Below, piece after piece: positions 45,145 through 55,024 of a stretch of 64,000 nucleotides of DNA; position 1 is the stretch's first letter, and every line of letters starts with the position of its first letter. This DNA is from Myxococcota bacterium (GTDB taxonomy: Bacteria > Myxococcota_A > Polyangia > Fen-1088). The notes beneath the pieces are model-generated. The model was not told the DNA's origin and ran no database searches. It saw only the letters and a list, made by a program, of their open reading frames with translations. The stretch lies in NCBI GenBank assembly GCA_025934105.1, contig JAICYS010000002.1, positions 2,239-66,238 on the forward strand. The letters are read 5' to 3'. A program made the translations under genes and the position numbers.

Positions 45145-46374
45145 GTGACACAGCGCTCAGCCCGTCCTTCCTGGTCCACCCGCACCCGCACCCGGGCACT
45201 CGCGGTCGGCGGCGTGTGTCTCTGCCTCGCGGCCGCGGGCTGCTCCGGCGATTCCTCGTCGGAGGCTGACAGCCCCAGCCCGAGCACCACCACCAGCGAC
45301 GCCCCCGCGCCGAGCCCCGCCGCGCCCACGGCGTCTCGCGAGACGCCGAGGCCACCGGGGGCCGGCCTGCCAGACGGCCTCGCAGCCGTCATCGACCCCC
45401 TGTATGGCGGGGGCCGGGTCCCCGCGAGCAGCGCCGCCACCGCGGCGCTCAAGCATCGCCAGGTCTCCGACCGGCAGGTCCGGGTGAAGGGCGCCGTCGG
45501 CCGCTTCAAGGACGCCCGGGTCGCGGTGGTCACCGCGGGCAAGGACGTCACGCTGGCCGTGGAGCAGGGCAAGAGCTGGCGGGTCGTCGGCGGCTGGTGG
45601 CCCTCGCTGCGGGTCAAGCCGGTCCTCGGCGGCGACCGCCGGGTGCTGCTCATCGGTTCGGACGCCCGCGTGAGCCACGGGCAGAGGGTCGACCGTTCCC
45701 GCGCCGACAGCCTGCACATCGTCGGAGTTGACGGGAAGGGCGGTGGTGGCGTGCTCGGCATACCCCGTGACTCCTACGTGTCGCTCTCCACCGGGGGCAA
45801 GAACAAGATCAACGCCGCCATGGTGTTCGGTGGGCCGAAGGCACAGCTCGAGACCGTGCGCCGTGCCACCCGGTTGCCGATCGAGGGCTACGTGCTGACC
45901 GGGTTCGGGGGCTTCAAGAAGGCGATCGACGCGGTCGGTGGCCTGCGCATCGACGTGCCCAAGGCGGTCAAGGGGGAGGCGTCCGGAGCGGATGTGGAGA
46001 AGGGCAGGCAGAAGCTCTCGGGCAAGGAGGCGCTGGCCTACGCGCGGGAGCGCAAGACGCTGCCGGACGGCGACTTCGGCCGCAGCCGCAACCAGGGCCT
46101 GGTCCTGCTCGCCGGGGCCGGCATGGTGCGGCTGTCCGGACCGCGCTCGCTGCCGACCTACCTGCAGAAGGTCGGGCCGCACGTCGAGACGGACCTGTCA
46201 CCGGCACAGGTGCTGACCCTGACCGCCACGATCTTCCGGATGAACCCGGCCAAGGTGCGCAATGAGGTGGCCGTCGGCGGGTTCGGCACGTCTGCGGCCG
46301 GCGCGTCCATCGTGGTGCTCGGCGACACCGCGCGCCGGCTCTTCGCCGACCTGCGGGACGGCAACCTGTCCTAG
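45145..46374 (+). CDS. LCP (LytR-CpsA-Psr) family cell-envelope phosphotransferase, lipoprotein-type signal
   Basis: ORF 45145..46374 (GTG start). The signal is LCLAAAGC. The LCP core is VLLIGSDAR...RADSLHIV...IPRDSYV...INAAMVFGG...GYVLTGFGGFKKAIDAVGGL...ALAYARERK...GDFGRSRNQG. Confidence 0.85.
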   Translation: MTQRSARPSWSTRTRTRALAVGGVCLCLAAAGCSGDSSSEADSPSPSTTTSDAPAPSPAAPTASRETPRPPGAGLPDGLAAVIDPLYGGGRVPASSAATAALKHRQVSDRQVRVKGAVGRFKDARVAVVTAGKDVTLAVEQGKSWRVVGGWWPSLRVKPVLGGDRRVLLIGSDARVSHGQRVDRSRADSLHIVGVDGKGGGGVLGIPRDSYVSLSTGGKNKINAAMVFGGPKAQLETVRRATRLPIEGYVLTGFGGFKKAIDAVGGLRIDVPKAVKGEASGADVEKGRQKLSGKEALAYARERKTLPDGDFGRSRNQGLVLLAGAGMVRLSGPRSLPTYLQKVGPHVETDLSPAQVLTLTATIFRMNPAKVRNEVAVGGFGTSAAGASIVVLGDTARRLFADLRDGNLS

Positions 46375-46448
46375 GGTTCTGGTCCTCCGGTCGGCCATGC
46401 TCTCCGCGCGCCAGCCGGGTCGGCCGGCCCGCGGCACGCCGTTGCCGG

Positions 46449-47417
46449 TCAGGCGGTCACAGGCAGCCCGAAGCTCGTGAACGCGTCGACCCCGATGAAC
46501 GAGGTCACGTCGCCGATGGCGTCGTCGTGCACCGTCAGCACGTTCAGCGACCAGGCCCGGTAGGCGTCGTCGCCGGGGGCACGCAGATAGAGCGCGACCA
46601 TGGGCTGTGCGTTCGCGGTGAGGGTTCGCGCGCGCCACTCGCCACACGAGCCGAGCGGCACGGCTCGCACGAACGGGCCGACGTGCTCGAGGCCCTGGTA
46701 CCAGTGTGGGAGCGGTGGCATCGACCAGGTGACCCCCGCGCTGAGCAGCTCGATCAGCTCGTCGGCGTCGCCCCGCTCCAGGGCGGCGGCGAACCCGGTG
46801 ACCAGCTTGCGCAGCCTCGTGTCGCCGAGCCGCCGCAGCGCCTGCTGCTGGCTGCCGGACGGCATACGCTCCCTGAGCGCCGCGCGGGCCCGTTGCAAGG
46901 CACTGTTCACGGCCGGCGTCGAGGTCTGCATCATCTCGGCGATCTCCTGCGCGGAGAAGCCCAGCACCTCGAACAGCAACAACGCCGCACGCTGGTTGCC
47001 GGGGAGGTGCTGCAGGGCTGCGACGAACGCGAGCTCGACCGCCTCGCGCTCCTCGAAGCGCGACTCCATCCCGCCGTCAGGATAGGGACCGAGCCACGCG
47101 ACATCGGTGCGTGGCACGTCGTCGACGACCGGCTCCTGACTGGACGGGCCGAGATCGATCGGCAGGGCCCGGCGGCGACGCTCCGCGATCAGGTCCAGGC
47201 TGCACCGGGTGGCGATCGTGTACATCCACCGCCGCAGCGAGCTGCGGCCCTCGAAGCCGCCGAACCCACGCCAAGCCTGCACCAGCGCGTTCTGCAGGGC
47301 ATCGTCGGCGTCGTGGACCGAACCCAGCATCCGGTAGCAGTGGACGTGCAGCTCCCGTCGCAGTGGCGCGACGAGGTCGGTGAACGCGTCGTCGCTCGTG
47401 ACAGAAACCTCACCCAC
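46449..47417 (-). CDS. ECF sigma factor with C-terminal SnoaL/NTF2-like extension (SigJ/ECF41-like)
   Basis: ORF 46449..47417 (322 aa). Region 2 is HVHCYRMLGSVHDADDALQNALVQAW. Region 4 is FSAQEIAEMMQTSTPAVNSALQRAR. A ~130 aa extra C-terminal domain follows. Confidence 0.8.
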   Translation of the reverse strand: MGEVSVTSDDAFTDLVAPLRRELHVHCYRMLGSVHDADDALQNALVQAWRGFGGFEGRSSLRRWMYTIATRCSLDLIAERRRRALPIDLGPSSQEPVVDDVPRTDVAWLGPYPDGGMESRFEEREAVELAFVAALQHLPGNQRAALLLFEVLGFSAQEIAEMMQTSTPAVNSALQRARAALRERMPSGSQQQALRRLGDTRLRKLVTGFAAALERGDADELIELLSAGVTWSMPPLPHWYQGLEHVGPFVRAVPLGSCGEWRARTLTANAQPMVALYLRAPGDDAYRAWSLNVLTVHDDAIGDVTSFIGVDAFTSFGLPVTA

Positions 47418-47456
47418 AACCGATGATTATGCTCCGCCTGCTCCGTCACGACTTCC

Positions 47457-47951
47457 GTGACAGACAACGACGAGACGATGACCCTGCTGCACTACCTGGA
47501 CGCCCAGCGCGACAGCGTCGTGGCGATCCTGGACGGGCTGGACGACAACCAGCTCAACACACCGGCAGTCGCGTCCGGGTGGACTCCGCTCGGGCTGGTG
47601 GCTCACCTGTGCGGCGCCGAGCACCTGTGGCTGCACCATGTGCTGGCCGGCTCGGCCGGCAACCTGCCGCCGTGGCCGCTGGACGGTCCCTACAGCCCGT
47701 TCACGGTGCGCGCGCAGACGGCCGACGTGGTCGACTTCTACCGGAAGCAGGCCGCGATCTCGGACCAGAACGTCGTCGTCGCCGACCTGGCGGCGCCACC
47801 CCGGGTCGCGCCACCGCCCGAGCTGGCCGAGTACGCACCGGACGGCCGCTCCGTGGTCCTGCACATGATCGAGGAGACCGCGCGGCACGCGGGCCACCTG
47901 GACATCGTCCGCGAGCTGATCGACGGCCGCACCGGGCTCGGGCCGCGATGA
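47457..47951 (+). CDS. DinB/DUF664 family protein (mycothiol-transferase-like fold)
   Basis: ORF 47457..47951 (164 aa). LLHYLDAQRDSVVAILDGL...GWTPLGLVAHL...HMIEETARHAGHLDIVRELIDG matches the family. Confidence 0.75.
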   Translation: MTDNDETMTLLHYLDAQRDSVVAILDGLDDNQLNTPAVASGWTPLGLVAHLCGAEHLWLHHVLAGSAGNLPPWPLDGPYSPFTVRAQTADVVDFYRKQAAISDQNVVVADLAAPPRVAPPPELAEYAPDGRSVVLHMIEETARHAGHLDIVRELIDGRTGLGPR

Positions 47952-47990
47952 CCCCTGCCCGGCGGTGCCCTCACGCATGTGGGGGCAGCG

Positions 47991-48743
47991 TCACCGGAGG
48001 CTGACCATCACGCCGCCGGAGAACATCGAGTCGTGCAGCTCGATGCTGGCGGGCTCGGCGTCCTTCGGCATGTCATAGACGAGCACGCCCTTGACGGTGT
48101 TGCCGGGGTTGATCTCGTTGAGGAAGACGTCGTTGCCCTCGATGGACATGGCCGCCACGGAGTCCGCGTCGAACTCACGGCCAGTGGCATCGCGGACGAC
48201 CTGCGAGGTGTCGTCGAGCAGCTGGGACTCGTCGCCGATGTTCTTGACCGTGACGTGGACGAGCGCGAACCGGCCCTGGGCCTTCTCGCCCAGCAGGTCG
48301 CCGCCCACCTGCTTGATCCCGCGGTCCACCTTCGTCACGGTGAACTCGAACTTGCCGTCGCGCACGGCGGTGCCGATGCGCGGGAGACCGGCCCCGCTCG
48401 CATCCGGTCTCTCTGCCGCGTCTGCCGCCCCCGCAGCGTCTGCCGGCTTCGGGTCGTCGGCCTCCGGCCGGTCGGCGGCGCTCGGACCGGCGGCAGGCTG
48501 CTGGGCGGTGGGTTGGCTCGTGGCGACGGCTCGAGCTGCCTGCTCGGTCGCCGAGTCCGAGGAACCGCCACTCAGCTGGACCACTCCCGCCAGCACCGCT
48601 AGGGCGGCGAACGCGGTCAGCAGGCGGTGCCGCCGGAACCACCCCCTGGGCTTCTCGGGCCGTGGCGGAGCGCCGACCGGTTGCCATCCCTCGAAGTGCG
48701 TCAAGCGCTGCTGTCGACGGTCGTGGTCGTCGTGCGGGGACAT
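47991..48743 (-). CDS. DUF4352-domain membrane-anchored protein
   Basis: Tracked ORF 47991..48782, with the start moved to ATG 48743, which is preceded by aaggag. There is one TM segment (LLTAFAALAVLAGVV). A low-complexity linker leads into the beta domain DGKFEFTVTKVD...GRFALVHVTVKNIGDES...GNTVKGVLVYDMP. Confidence 0.75.
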   Translation of the reverse strand: MSPHDDHDRRQQRLTHFEGWQPVGAPPRPEKPRGWFRRHRLLTAFAALAVLAGVVQLSGGSSDSATEQAARAVATSQPTAQQPAAGPSAADRPEADDPKPADAAGAADAAERPDASGAGLPRIGTAVRDGKFEFTVTKVDRGIKQVGGDLLGEKAQGRFALVHVTVKNIGDESQLLDDTSQVVRDATGREFDADSVAAMSIEGNDVFLNEINPGNTVKGVLVYDMPKDAEPASIELHDSMFSGGVMVSLR

Positions 48744-48909
48744 GGGTTCTCCTTCGTCGGTGGTGAAGTGCGCACAGTCCACCTCGGGACAACCGCCGGG
48801 GTCTTCACTCGATCGGCTGGATCACCTTGGCTCATCGGATGATCCGGCGGACCACACCGCAGCCGGATGACGGAGGACCACTGTCGGACCCCGGAGCTAG
48901 CCTCGTCGC

Positions 48910-50295
48910 ATGTCCACGAGCCAGGCCCTTTCGGCGCCGATCCGGCTGCCTGGTGCGCTCGCTGCGCTCGGCCGGCTGCTCCGCGGCGTGAGGTCCCGTC
49001 GACGTGGGTGCACGGTCTTCGTGGTGGTCACCTGCCTGCTGAGCTCGTCGCTCGCGGTGTCCCTGGCCGACAGCCGCCGGCTGGCCGCGGCCGGCCTCCC
49101 GCCCGATACCCCGCTGTCCGACAGACTGGCGCTCGCGTTCCTGGCCGGTGCCGCCGTGGCTGTCTCCATGACCTGGCGGCGCCGGTGGCCGTTATGGGTG
49201 ACGATGGGTGCGGCGGCCGCCGCGCTGCTCTTTCCGCTGGATGTGCTCGGCCTGTTGATCGGCCTCACCCACGTCGTGGCTCGCCTTCGCGGCAGGGCCG
49301 TGTGGGCCGGAGGGCTCGCGGCCGGCCTGGGCACCACGGCGTCCGTATGGCGTGATGCCCACGGCCACGCGCCGGGCACCTCGTTCTGGGGTGACGTTTT
49401 CGTCGGGTCCTCGGCTTCCGGCGCCACGTCCACGGCCCTCAGCTGGTGGGCGCAGGGCCTCATCGTAGTCGTGCTGGTCGCTCTGTCGGTCGGCGCAGGC
49501 CTCTTCTTACGCACGCGACGCGACCTGCAGGCGACCCGTGCCGAGCAGCGCACCGATCGCGATGCGGTCGGGCGGCTCAGCGAGGAGATGGGCCGCCAGG
49601 CGGAGCGCGAGCGGATCGCCCGCGAGGTGCACGATGTCCTCGGGCACCGGCTGTCGCTGCTCTCGCTGCACGCCGGAGCCCTGGAGGTGGCCGCCGGCGA
49701 GGACCCACGCGTGCGCCACAGCGCCTCGCTCGTCCGCGAGGGCGCCCAACAGTCCATGGACGACCTGCGCTCCCTGCTGTCAGTCCTACGCGACCCCAGC
49801 CAGAGCGAGAGTGTGCATCCCACGCCCTCCCTCGCCGAGCTGCCCCGAGTGATCGAGGAGAGCATGAGCGGAGGCATGCAGGTCCAGTCGACGGTCTACC
49901 TCGACGGCGCAGCGCGAGCGAGCCACCAGTTGGCCCGGGCGGTCTACCGGATCGTGCAGGAGATGTTGACCAACGCCCGCAAACATGCGCCGGGCGCTCC
50001 GGTCCGACTGCGTGTCGAGGGTGACGACCGGCACGGCATACGGATCGAGGCCGCCAACTACCTGGTGGCACAGTCTGGCTCGGTGCGCCCGGGTCAGGAG
50101 CGCCACGGGACGGACGCACCGCCCCACGGTCGAGGTGCCGGGCTCGCGGGCATCGCGGAGCGGGCCGCCCAGCTCGACGGAGAGTCGCGGCACGGCGTGG
50201 ACGCACTGGGGGTCTTCCGGGTAGAGGTGTGGCTGCCCTGGACCGGCGGCGTGCAGAGCCTTGGTGAGGACAAGGAGGTGACCCGTGCAGGGTGA
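48910..50295 (+). CDS. Sensor histidine kinase (HisKA_3/NarX-LiaS type)
   Basis: ORF 48910..50295 (461 aa). It has a multi-TM N-terminus, the H-box ERERIAREVHDVLGHRLS and a HATPase region (EMLTNARKHAPGAP...GRGAGLAGIAERA). Confidence 0.85.
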   Translation: MSTSQALSAPIRLPGALAALGRLLRGVRSRRRGCTVFVVVTCLLSSSLAVSLADSRRLAAAGLPPDTPLSDRLALAFLAGAAVAVSMTWRRRWPLWVTMGAAAAALLFPLDVLGLLIGLTHVVARLRGRAVWAGGLAAGLGTTASVWRDAHGHAPGTSFWGDVFVGSSASGATSTALSWWAQGLIVVVLVALSVGAGLFLRTRRDLQATRAEQRTDRDAVGRLSEEMGRQAERERIAREVHDVLGHRLSLLSLHAGALEVAAGEDPRVRHSASLVREGAQQSMDDLRSLLSVLRDPSQSESVHPTPSLAELPRVIEESMSGGMQVQSTVYLDGAARASHQLARAVYRIVQEMLTNARKHAPGAPVRLRVEGDDRHGIRIEAANYLVAQSGSVRPGQERHGTDAPPHGRGAGLAGIAERAAQLDGESRHGVDALGVFRVEVWLPWTGGVQSLGEDKEVTRAG

Positions 50296-50968
50296 TGAGC
50301 GGCCGCTCCGTGTGCTCCTGGTCGATGACGATGCCCTGGTCTGCCAAGGCCTCGAGCTGATGCTGTCCACCGCTGACGACCTCGAGGTGGTCGGGGCGGT
50401 CCACGACGGCGACGGGGTGGTCGAGGCGGTCCACCGGCATGCCCCCGACGTGGTGCTGCTCGATGTGCGGATGCGACGGCAGGACGGGATCACCGCCACA
50501 CGATCGCTGCGTCGGCTGGCGGATCCCCCGAAGATCATCGTGCTGACCACCTTCGACCACGACGAGGTCATGCTGCGCGCCGTGGAGGCGGGCGCCGACG
50601 GCTTCCTGTTGAAGACGGCTTCGCCGGCCGAGATCCTCGCTGCCGTCCGGAATGTCGCGGCCGGAGGCGGAGCGGTTTCCCCGGGCAGCGCCCGACAGCT
50701 CTTCCACCACGTGCGCCACGACCCCTCCGCGCTTGCCCGCCGGTCCGCTCAGGCCGCGATGGTCACGCTGACGGCCAGGGAGCGTGAGGTGGTCCGCGCC
50801 GTCGCCCGCGGGCTGTCCAACGCGCAGATCGCGGCCGAACTTTTCGCGAGCGAGGCGACGGTCAAGACGCACCTGGCTCACGCGCAGGCCAAGCTCGGCT
50901 GTTCCGGCCGAGTCGAGGTGGCCGTCCTGGTCGAGCGCTCGGGGCTGCTCGCCGGTGTGGGCAGCTGA
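50285..50968 (+). CDS. Response regulator, NarL/LuxR family
   Basis: ORF 50285..50968 (GTG start, 11-nt overlap with the kinase gene). The receiver is RVLLVDDDALV...PDVVLLDVRM. The LuxR HTH is REREVVRAVARGLSNAQIAAELFASEATVKTHL. Confidence 0.9.
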   Translation: MQGDERPLRVLLVDDDALVCQGLELMLSTADDLEVVGAVHDGDGVVEAVHRHAPDVVLLDVRMRRQDGITATRSLRRLADPPKIIVLTTFDHDEVMLRAVEAGADGFLLKTASPAEILAAVRNVAAGGGAVSPGSARQLFHHVRHDPSALARRSAQAAMVTLTAREREVVRAVARGLSNAQIAAELFASEATVKTHLAHAQAKLGCSGRVEVAVLVERSGLLAGVGS

Positions 50969-51034
50969 CGGCATCGCAGTCGGCCGTAGGACGGTCGCCG
51001 CACCGCCGGTTGGCCGGTCTCGGCGAGTGGACCG

Positions 51035-51571
51035 ATGCGTGCGCGTGTAGGCGCCGCGTCTACTGTGCTTTGGGTGAACGAGATCCGCAGGGCACGCACG
51101 AACGATGTGCGGGCCATCCGTGCACTGGTCCAGCCGTTGGCCGAGACGAGGGTGCTCGTCGCGAAGGACGCGGTCACCTACTACGAGGCGCTGCAGGAGT
51201 TTCGGGTCGTCGAGGACGACCGCGGGAAGCTGATCGGGTGTGGCGCGCTGCACGTGATGTGGGAGGACGTGGCCGAGGTGCGCACCCTTGCGGTGGATCC
51301 GTCGGTCACCGGGCGGGGCATCGGCGGAAAGCTGCTCGAGACGCTGCTCGAAGACGCACGCGAGCTCGGGGTCGACCGGGTGTTCTGTCTGACCTTCGAG
51401 GTCGACTTCTTCACCAGGCACGGATTCACGACGATCGACGGGCAGGCCGTCGACCCGGAGGTCTACGGGCAGCTGCTGCGCTCGTATGACGAGGGCGTGG
51501 CCGAGTTCCTCGACCTGGACCGGGTGAAGCCCAACACCCTCGGGAACACCCGGATGCTGCGCATCCTCTGA
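51035..51571 (+). CDS. GNAT-family N-acetyltransferase (short ArgA-like amino-acid N-acetyltransferase)
   Basis: ORF 51035..51571. The start is uncertain, and GTG near 51074 (VNEIRRART) is also possible. EVRTLAVDPSVTGRGIGGKLLE is the acetyl-CoA motif. The layout resembles mycobacterial short NAGS. Confidence 0.7.
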   Translation: MRARVGAASTVLWVNEIRRARTNDVRAIRALVQPLAETRVLVAKDAVTYYEALQEFRVVEDDRGKLIGCGALHVMWEDVAEVRTLAVDPSVTGRGIGGKLLETLLEDARELGVDRVFCLTFEVDFFTRHGFTTIDGQAVDPEVYGQLLRSYDEGVAEFLDLDRVKPNTLGNTRMLRIL

Positions 51572-51699
51572 GGCTTCCTCGTTCGGGCATGCCTCGGTGC
51601 CCGCCCGTGCTGGCAGCGACCCCGACTGCGGGCAGCGCGCCGCCGTTTCGCCGCCGTCGAGCCAGTGGGTGACCGGGTGCCGGGCGGCCGAGTGGTCGG

Positions 51700-52746
51700 T
51701 CAGCGGCGACGCGACTGGTAGATGCGTCGGACGACGTCCTCGATGTCAGGTTCTTCGACTGACAGGTCGCGCACCTCACAGACATCCGACACGCCGGCCA
51801 AAACGGCTGCGGCTGTGGTTGATTCGGGGTCGAAGGCTAGTCGCTGCCGCAGCCCGTCCCCCTCGCTGCCCAGGTGCACGGCACCCGGTATGTCAGTCAG
51901 GTCACCCGTCGGCTCGGCCAGGTCGACGACGAGGACCCGCTGGGCGCCGACGGTTGCGCCCAGACCGGCGAGCGTGCCGTCATAGGCCAGGGCACCGCGG
52001 TCGACGACGAGCACCCGGTCGCAGAGCCGCTCGATGTCGCCCATGTCGTGCGTCGTGAGCAACAGGGTGGTGCCGCGGGTGGCGCGCTCGTGGATGAGGA
52101 ACTCGCGCAGTCGTTGCTTGGACAGGACGTCCAGCCCGATCGTCGGTTCGTCGAGGATCAGCAGCTCGGGGGAGTGCAACAGGGCGGCGGCGATCTCGGC
52201 GCGCATCCGCTGCCCGAGCGAGAGCTGGCGGACCGGGGTGTCCAGGGTCTCGGCCATCTCCAGTTGCTCGACGAGTTCGGCTGTGCGGCCGCGGGCCTCG
52301 TCCGGCCCGAGTCGGTGGATCGCTGCGAGGATGGCGAACGACTCGCGCAGCGGCAGGTCCCACCACAGCTGCGAACGTTGACCGAAGACCACGCCGATCC
52401 GGCGTGCCAGCTCCCGACGGCTCGTCAACGGGTCCAGCCCGCAGGTGCGCACGCTTCCGGCTGTGGGCACCAGGATGCCGGTGAGCATCTTGATCGTCGT
52501 CGACTTGCCGGCGCCGTTGGCCCCGATGTAGCCGACCGCCTCCCCGGGCCGCACCGTGAACGTCATCGCGTCGACAGCGGTCACGGTGGAGCGTTCGCGC
52601 AGCAGCCGCCGGCGCGAGGCCACAGGTCGGCCGGATGCACGCATCCTCGCTGACTTCCGCCGCACCACAAACTCCCTGGTGAGGTCGTGCACCTCGACGA
52701 TCGGACCGATCGCTCCGTCTCGCAACGCAGTCGCGTGCTGACTCAT
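51700..52746 (-). CDS. ABC transporter ATP-binding protein
   Basis: Tracked ORF 51700..53415, with the start moved to ATG 52746 (ATGA overlap with the upstream permease stop). It has Walker A GANGAGKST, signature LSLGQRMR and Walker B LLILDEPT. Confidence 0.9.
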   Translation of the reverse strand: MSQHATALRDGAIGPIVEVHDLTREFVVRRKSARMRASGRPVASRRRLLRERSTVTAVDAMTFTVRPGEAVGYIGANGAGKSTTIKMLTGILVPTAGSVRTCGLDPLTSRRELARRIGVVFGQRSQLWWDLPLRESFAILAAIHRLGPDEARGRTAELVEQLEMAETLDTPVRQLSLGQRMRAEIAAALLHSPELLILDEPTIGLDVLSKQRLREFLIHERATRGTTLLLTTHDMGDIERLCDRVLVVDRGALAYDGTLAGLGATVGAQRVLVVDLAEPTGDLTDIPGAVHLGSEGDGLRQRLAFDPESTTAAAVLAGVSDVCEVRDLSVEEPDIEDVVRRIYQSRRR

Positions 52747-53582
52747 CCGCCGCCTCCCTGGTAGTGCCGGGTGCCCCATCGCCAGAGGGTCAGGGCGAGT
52801 GCCCACACCCAGGCCGCGGCGAGCGGGAGCAGCCAGGCCAGCCAGGTCGGCAGTCCGGCAGGCCCCGGCAGGTCGAGGATCGCGAGCGTGGGCAGGTATG
52901 CCGTGAAAGCGACCGGGACGAGATAGCCGAAGATCATCTTCAGCGGCGTCGGGAAGATCGAGGCCGGCTGGCTGGAGGCGTAGGACCCGCCGTAGGTGAA
53001 CGAGTTCGTCAGCTCCGCCCCGTTGATGAGGAAGAACTGCAGGCTCGCCGCGCACACGAACAGCCCTGCGAAGATGGCGGTCCCGAAGACGATGGCCATC
53101 GGCAGCATCGCCCTGGTGGCCAGGGACCAGTCCACGTCGCACCGCACCAGGCCGGCGACCAGGGCGGTCGCCGCCACGCCGATCCGGGACAACCGGCGCA
53201 GCGAGAACTCGCACGTCATCAGTTGCGCCAGCACTGGTTGCGGCCGCAGGTAGAAGGCGTCGAGGGTGCCCATGCGCACGAAGGTCGGCAGCCCGTCGAT
53301 GTGCCCGACCAGCAGGTCGGCGAGGGAGAAGGCGAGGTTGGACAGCCCGAACACCAGCAGTATGGCGTTGAAGTCGAGCCCGCCGAGCACCTGGACGTTG
53401 TGGAAGATGACCCACACCTCGGCGAACTCGGTCAGGCCGACGAGCAGGGAGCCGAACAGGTCGAGCAGGAAGGACGCGCGGTAGGAACGTTGCGCTCGGA
53501 TCCGCGAGCCGATGACAGCGGCGTATGGCGTGTGCCAGGTCCCGTGCAGTGGTCGCCTGGTGCGCGGCGCGAGGTCAGCCAC
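52743..53582 (-). CDS. ABC-2 family transporter permease
   Basis: Tracked ORF 52743..53636, with the start moved to GTG 53582 (8-nt overlap with the upstream gene). It has six TM-like segments. Confidence 0.75.
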   Translation of the reverse strand: MADLAPRTRRPLHGTWHTPYAAVIGSRIRAQRSYRASFLLDLFGSLLVGLTEFAEVWVIFHNVQVLGGLDFNAILLVFGLSNLAFSLADLLVGHIDGLPTFVRMGTLDAFYLRPQPVLAQLMTCEFSLRRLSRIGVAATALVAGLVRCDVDWSLATRAMLPMAIVFGTAIFAGLFVCAASLQFFLINGAELTNSFTYGGSYASSQPASIFPTPLKMIFGYLVPVAFTAYLPTLAILDLPGPAGLPTWLAWLLPLAAAWVWALALTLWRWGTRHYQGGGG

Positions 53583-54384
53583 CCTGTACCTCCAGCTTGC
53601 GACGACCGGCCGTCGTGAGGACCCGGCCCAGGGCACCGATCACGAGGACCCAGAAGGCCTGGATCACGAGGAGCTGCACCGAGTCCCAGCCGGTCACCCG
53701 TCCCGACAACACATCGATGGGGCTCTGCAGGATGGACGGAAAGGGGGTGGCGTGCGCCAGCGCGGACAACCATCCGGGGAAGATGTGCACCGGCACGTAG
53801 AGCCCCGCGAGGAAGGTGGCGGTCACGCCATACAGGGAGCGCACCCCGCGCGTCTCGACGAGCCAGAAGCCGAGGACGTTGACGGCATACCGGCACAGGA
53901 AGGACACCGTCACGGCGAGCACGATGCTGACCACACCCAGCAGGTAGGGCAACGCGGTCCCCGGCATCGTGAGCCCCACGGTCAGCGCGCCGACGAGGAC
54001 GCTTGGGAGCCCTCGCGGGATGAAGGTGTATGCCGCCCGGCCCAGGTCGGCCGCGAGGTAGGTCGCCTGCACGTCCACCGGGCGGGTGAAGTCGATCGCG
54101 ATGTCGCCGTTCTTGATGCGGTCGCCGATCTCCGACGGGGCGAAGCCCAGCTCCACGGCGCCGAGCAGGCCCTGCGAGAGCCAGACGTAGGCGCTGATGC
54201 CGTCCTGGTCGTAGCCAGACAGCTCGCCCCCCGCGGCAGCCACGGCGGCGAACAGGATCGCGGCCCGGATGAACCCGAAGACGACGTTGGTGGTGAGCCC
54301 GGCCAGCATGGCGAGCCGGTAGTTGGCCTGCTTGCGGAACCCCGCCCTGGTCAGCTGCCAGTAGGCGGAGAGGTCCGGGCGCAC
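53575..54384 (-). CDS. ABC-2 family transporter permease
   Basis: ORF 53575..54384 (269 aa), polytopic (MRPDLSAYWQLTRAGFRKQANYRLAMLAGLTTNVVFGFI). It is the first gene of the three-gene ABC unit. Confidence 0.75.
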   Translation of the reverse strand: MRPDLSAYWQLTRAGFRKQANYRLAMLAGLTTNVVFGFIRAAILFAAVAAAGGELSGYDQDGISAYVWLSQGLLGAVELGFAPSEIGDRIKNGDIAIDFTRPVDVQATYLAADLGRAAYTFIPRGLPSVLVGALTVGLTMPGTALPYLLGVVSIVLAVTVSFLCRYAVNVLGFWLVETRGVRSLYGVTATFLAGLYVPVHIFPGWLSALAHATPFPSILQSPIDVLSGRVTGWDSVQLLVIQAFWVLVIGALGRVLTTAGRRKLEVQGG

Positions 54385-54496
54385 AACCGCAAGAACCTAG
54401 TCGGGCTCGGAGGCTGGCGCAAGCGGATGTGCCGGGCAGGCGGACCCAGGGCGCGCATCCGGGCAGGATGCCCCGGTGGGGCGTAGCCTCCCGGGC

Positions 54497-55024
54497 ATGG
54501 ATGGAGCCGATTACATCATCGTCATGGGGGTGTCCGGGTCGGGGAAGACCACGGTCGCCAAGGGGATCGCCGAGCGCATGCATTGGGATTTCGCCGAGGG
54601 TGACGACTTCCACTCCGAGGCCAACGTCGCCAAGATGCACTCGGGCCACCCCCTCACCGATGAGGATCGGTGGCCGTGGCTGCGGTCGATCGGAGACTGG
54701 ATCAATGAGCGCGAGAAGCAGGGCACCAGCGCAGTGCTGACCTGCTCGGCCCTCAAGCGGGTCTACCGCGATCTCCTGCGGGAGGGGCGTCCGGGCGTGC
54801 GGTTCTGCCACGTAGAGGTCGACGCCGAGCTCATCGCCAAGCGGCTCGCGGCGCGTCAGGGCCACTACATGCCTCCGTCATTGCTGCCGAGCCAGCTGGC
54901 CGCGCTGGAACCGCTGGAGCCGGACGAACCCGGAGCCACCGTGTCCGCGGCGCCCACACCGGAGGAGGTTGTGGACAACGCTATGAAGGCTCTGGGTCTT
55001 CACGAGGGAGGGAACCAACGATGA
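54497..55024 (+). CDS. gntK: Gluconokinase
   Basis: Tracked ORF 54476..55024, with the start moved to ATG 54497. IIVMGVSGSGKTTVAKGIAERMHWDFAEGDDFH...NVAKMHSGHPLTDEDRWPWL matches GntK. Confidence 0.85.
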   Translation: MDGADYIIVMGVSGSGKTTVAKGIAERMHWDFAEGDDFHSEANVAKMHSGHPLTDEDRWPWLRSIGDWINEREKQGTSAVLTCSALKRVYRDLLREGRPGVRFCHVEVDAELIAKRLAARQGHYMPPSLLPSQLAALEPLEPDEPGATVSAAPTPEEVVDNAMKALGLHEGGNQR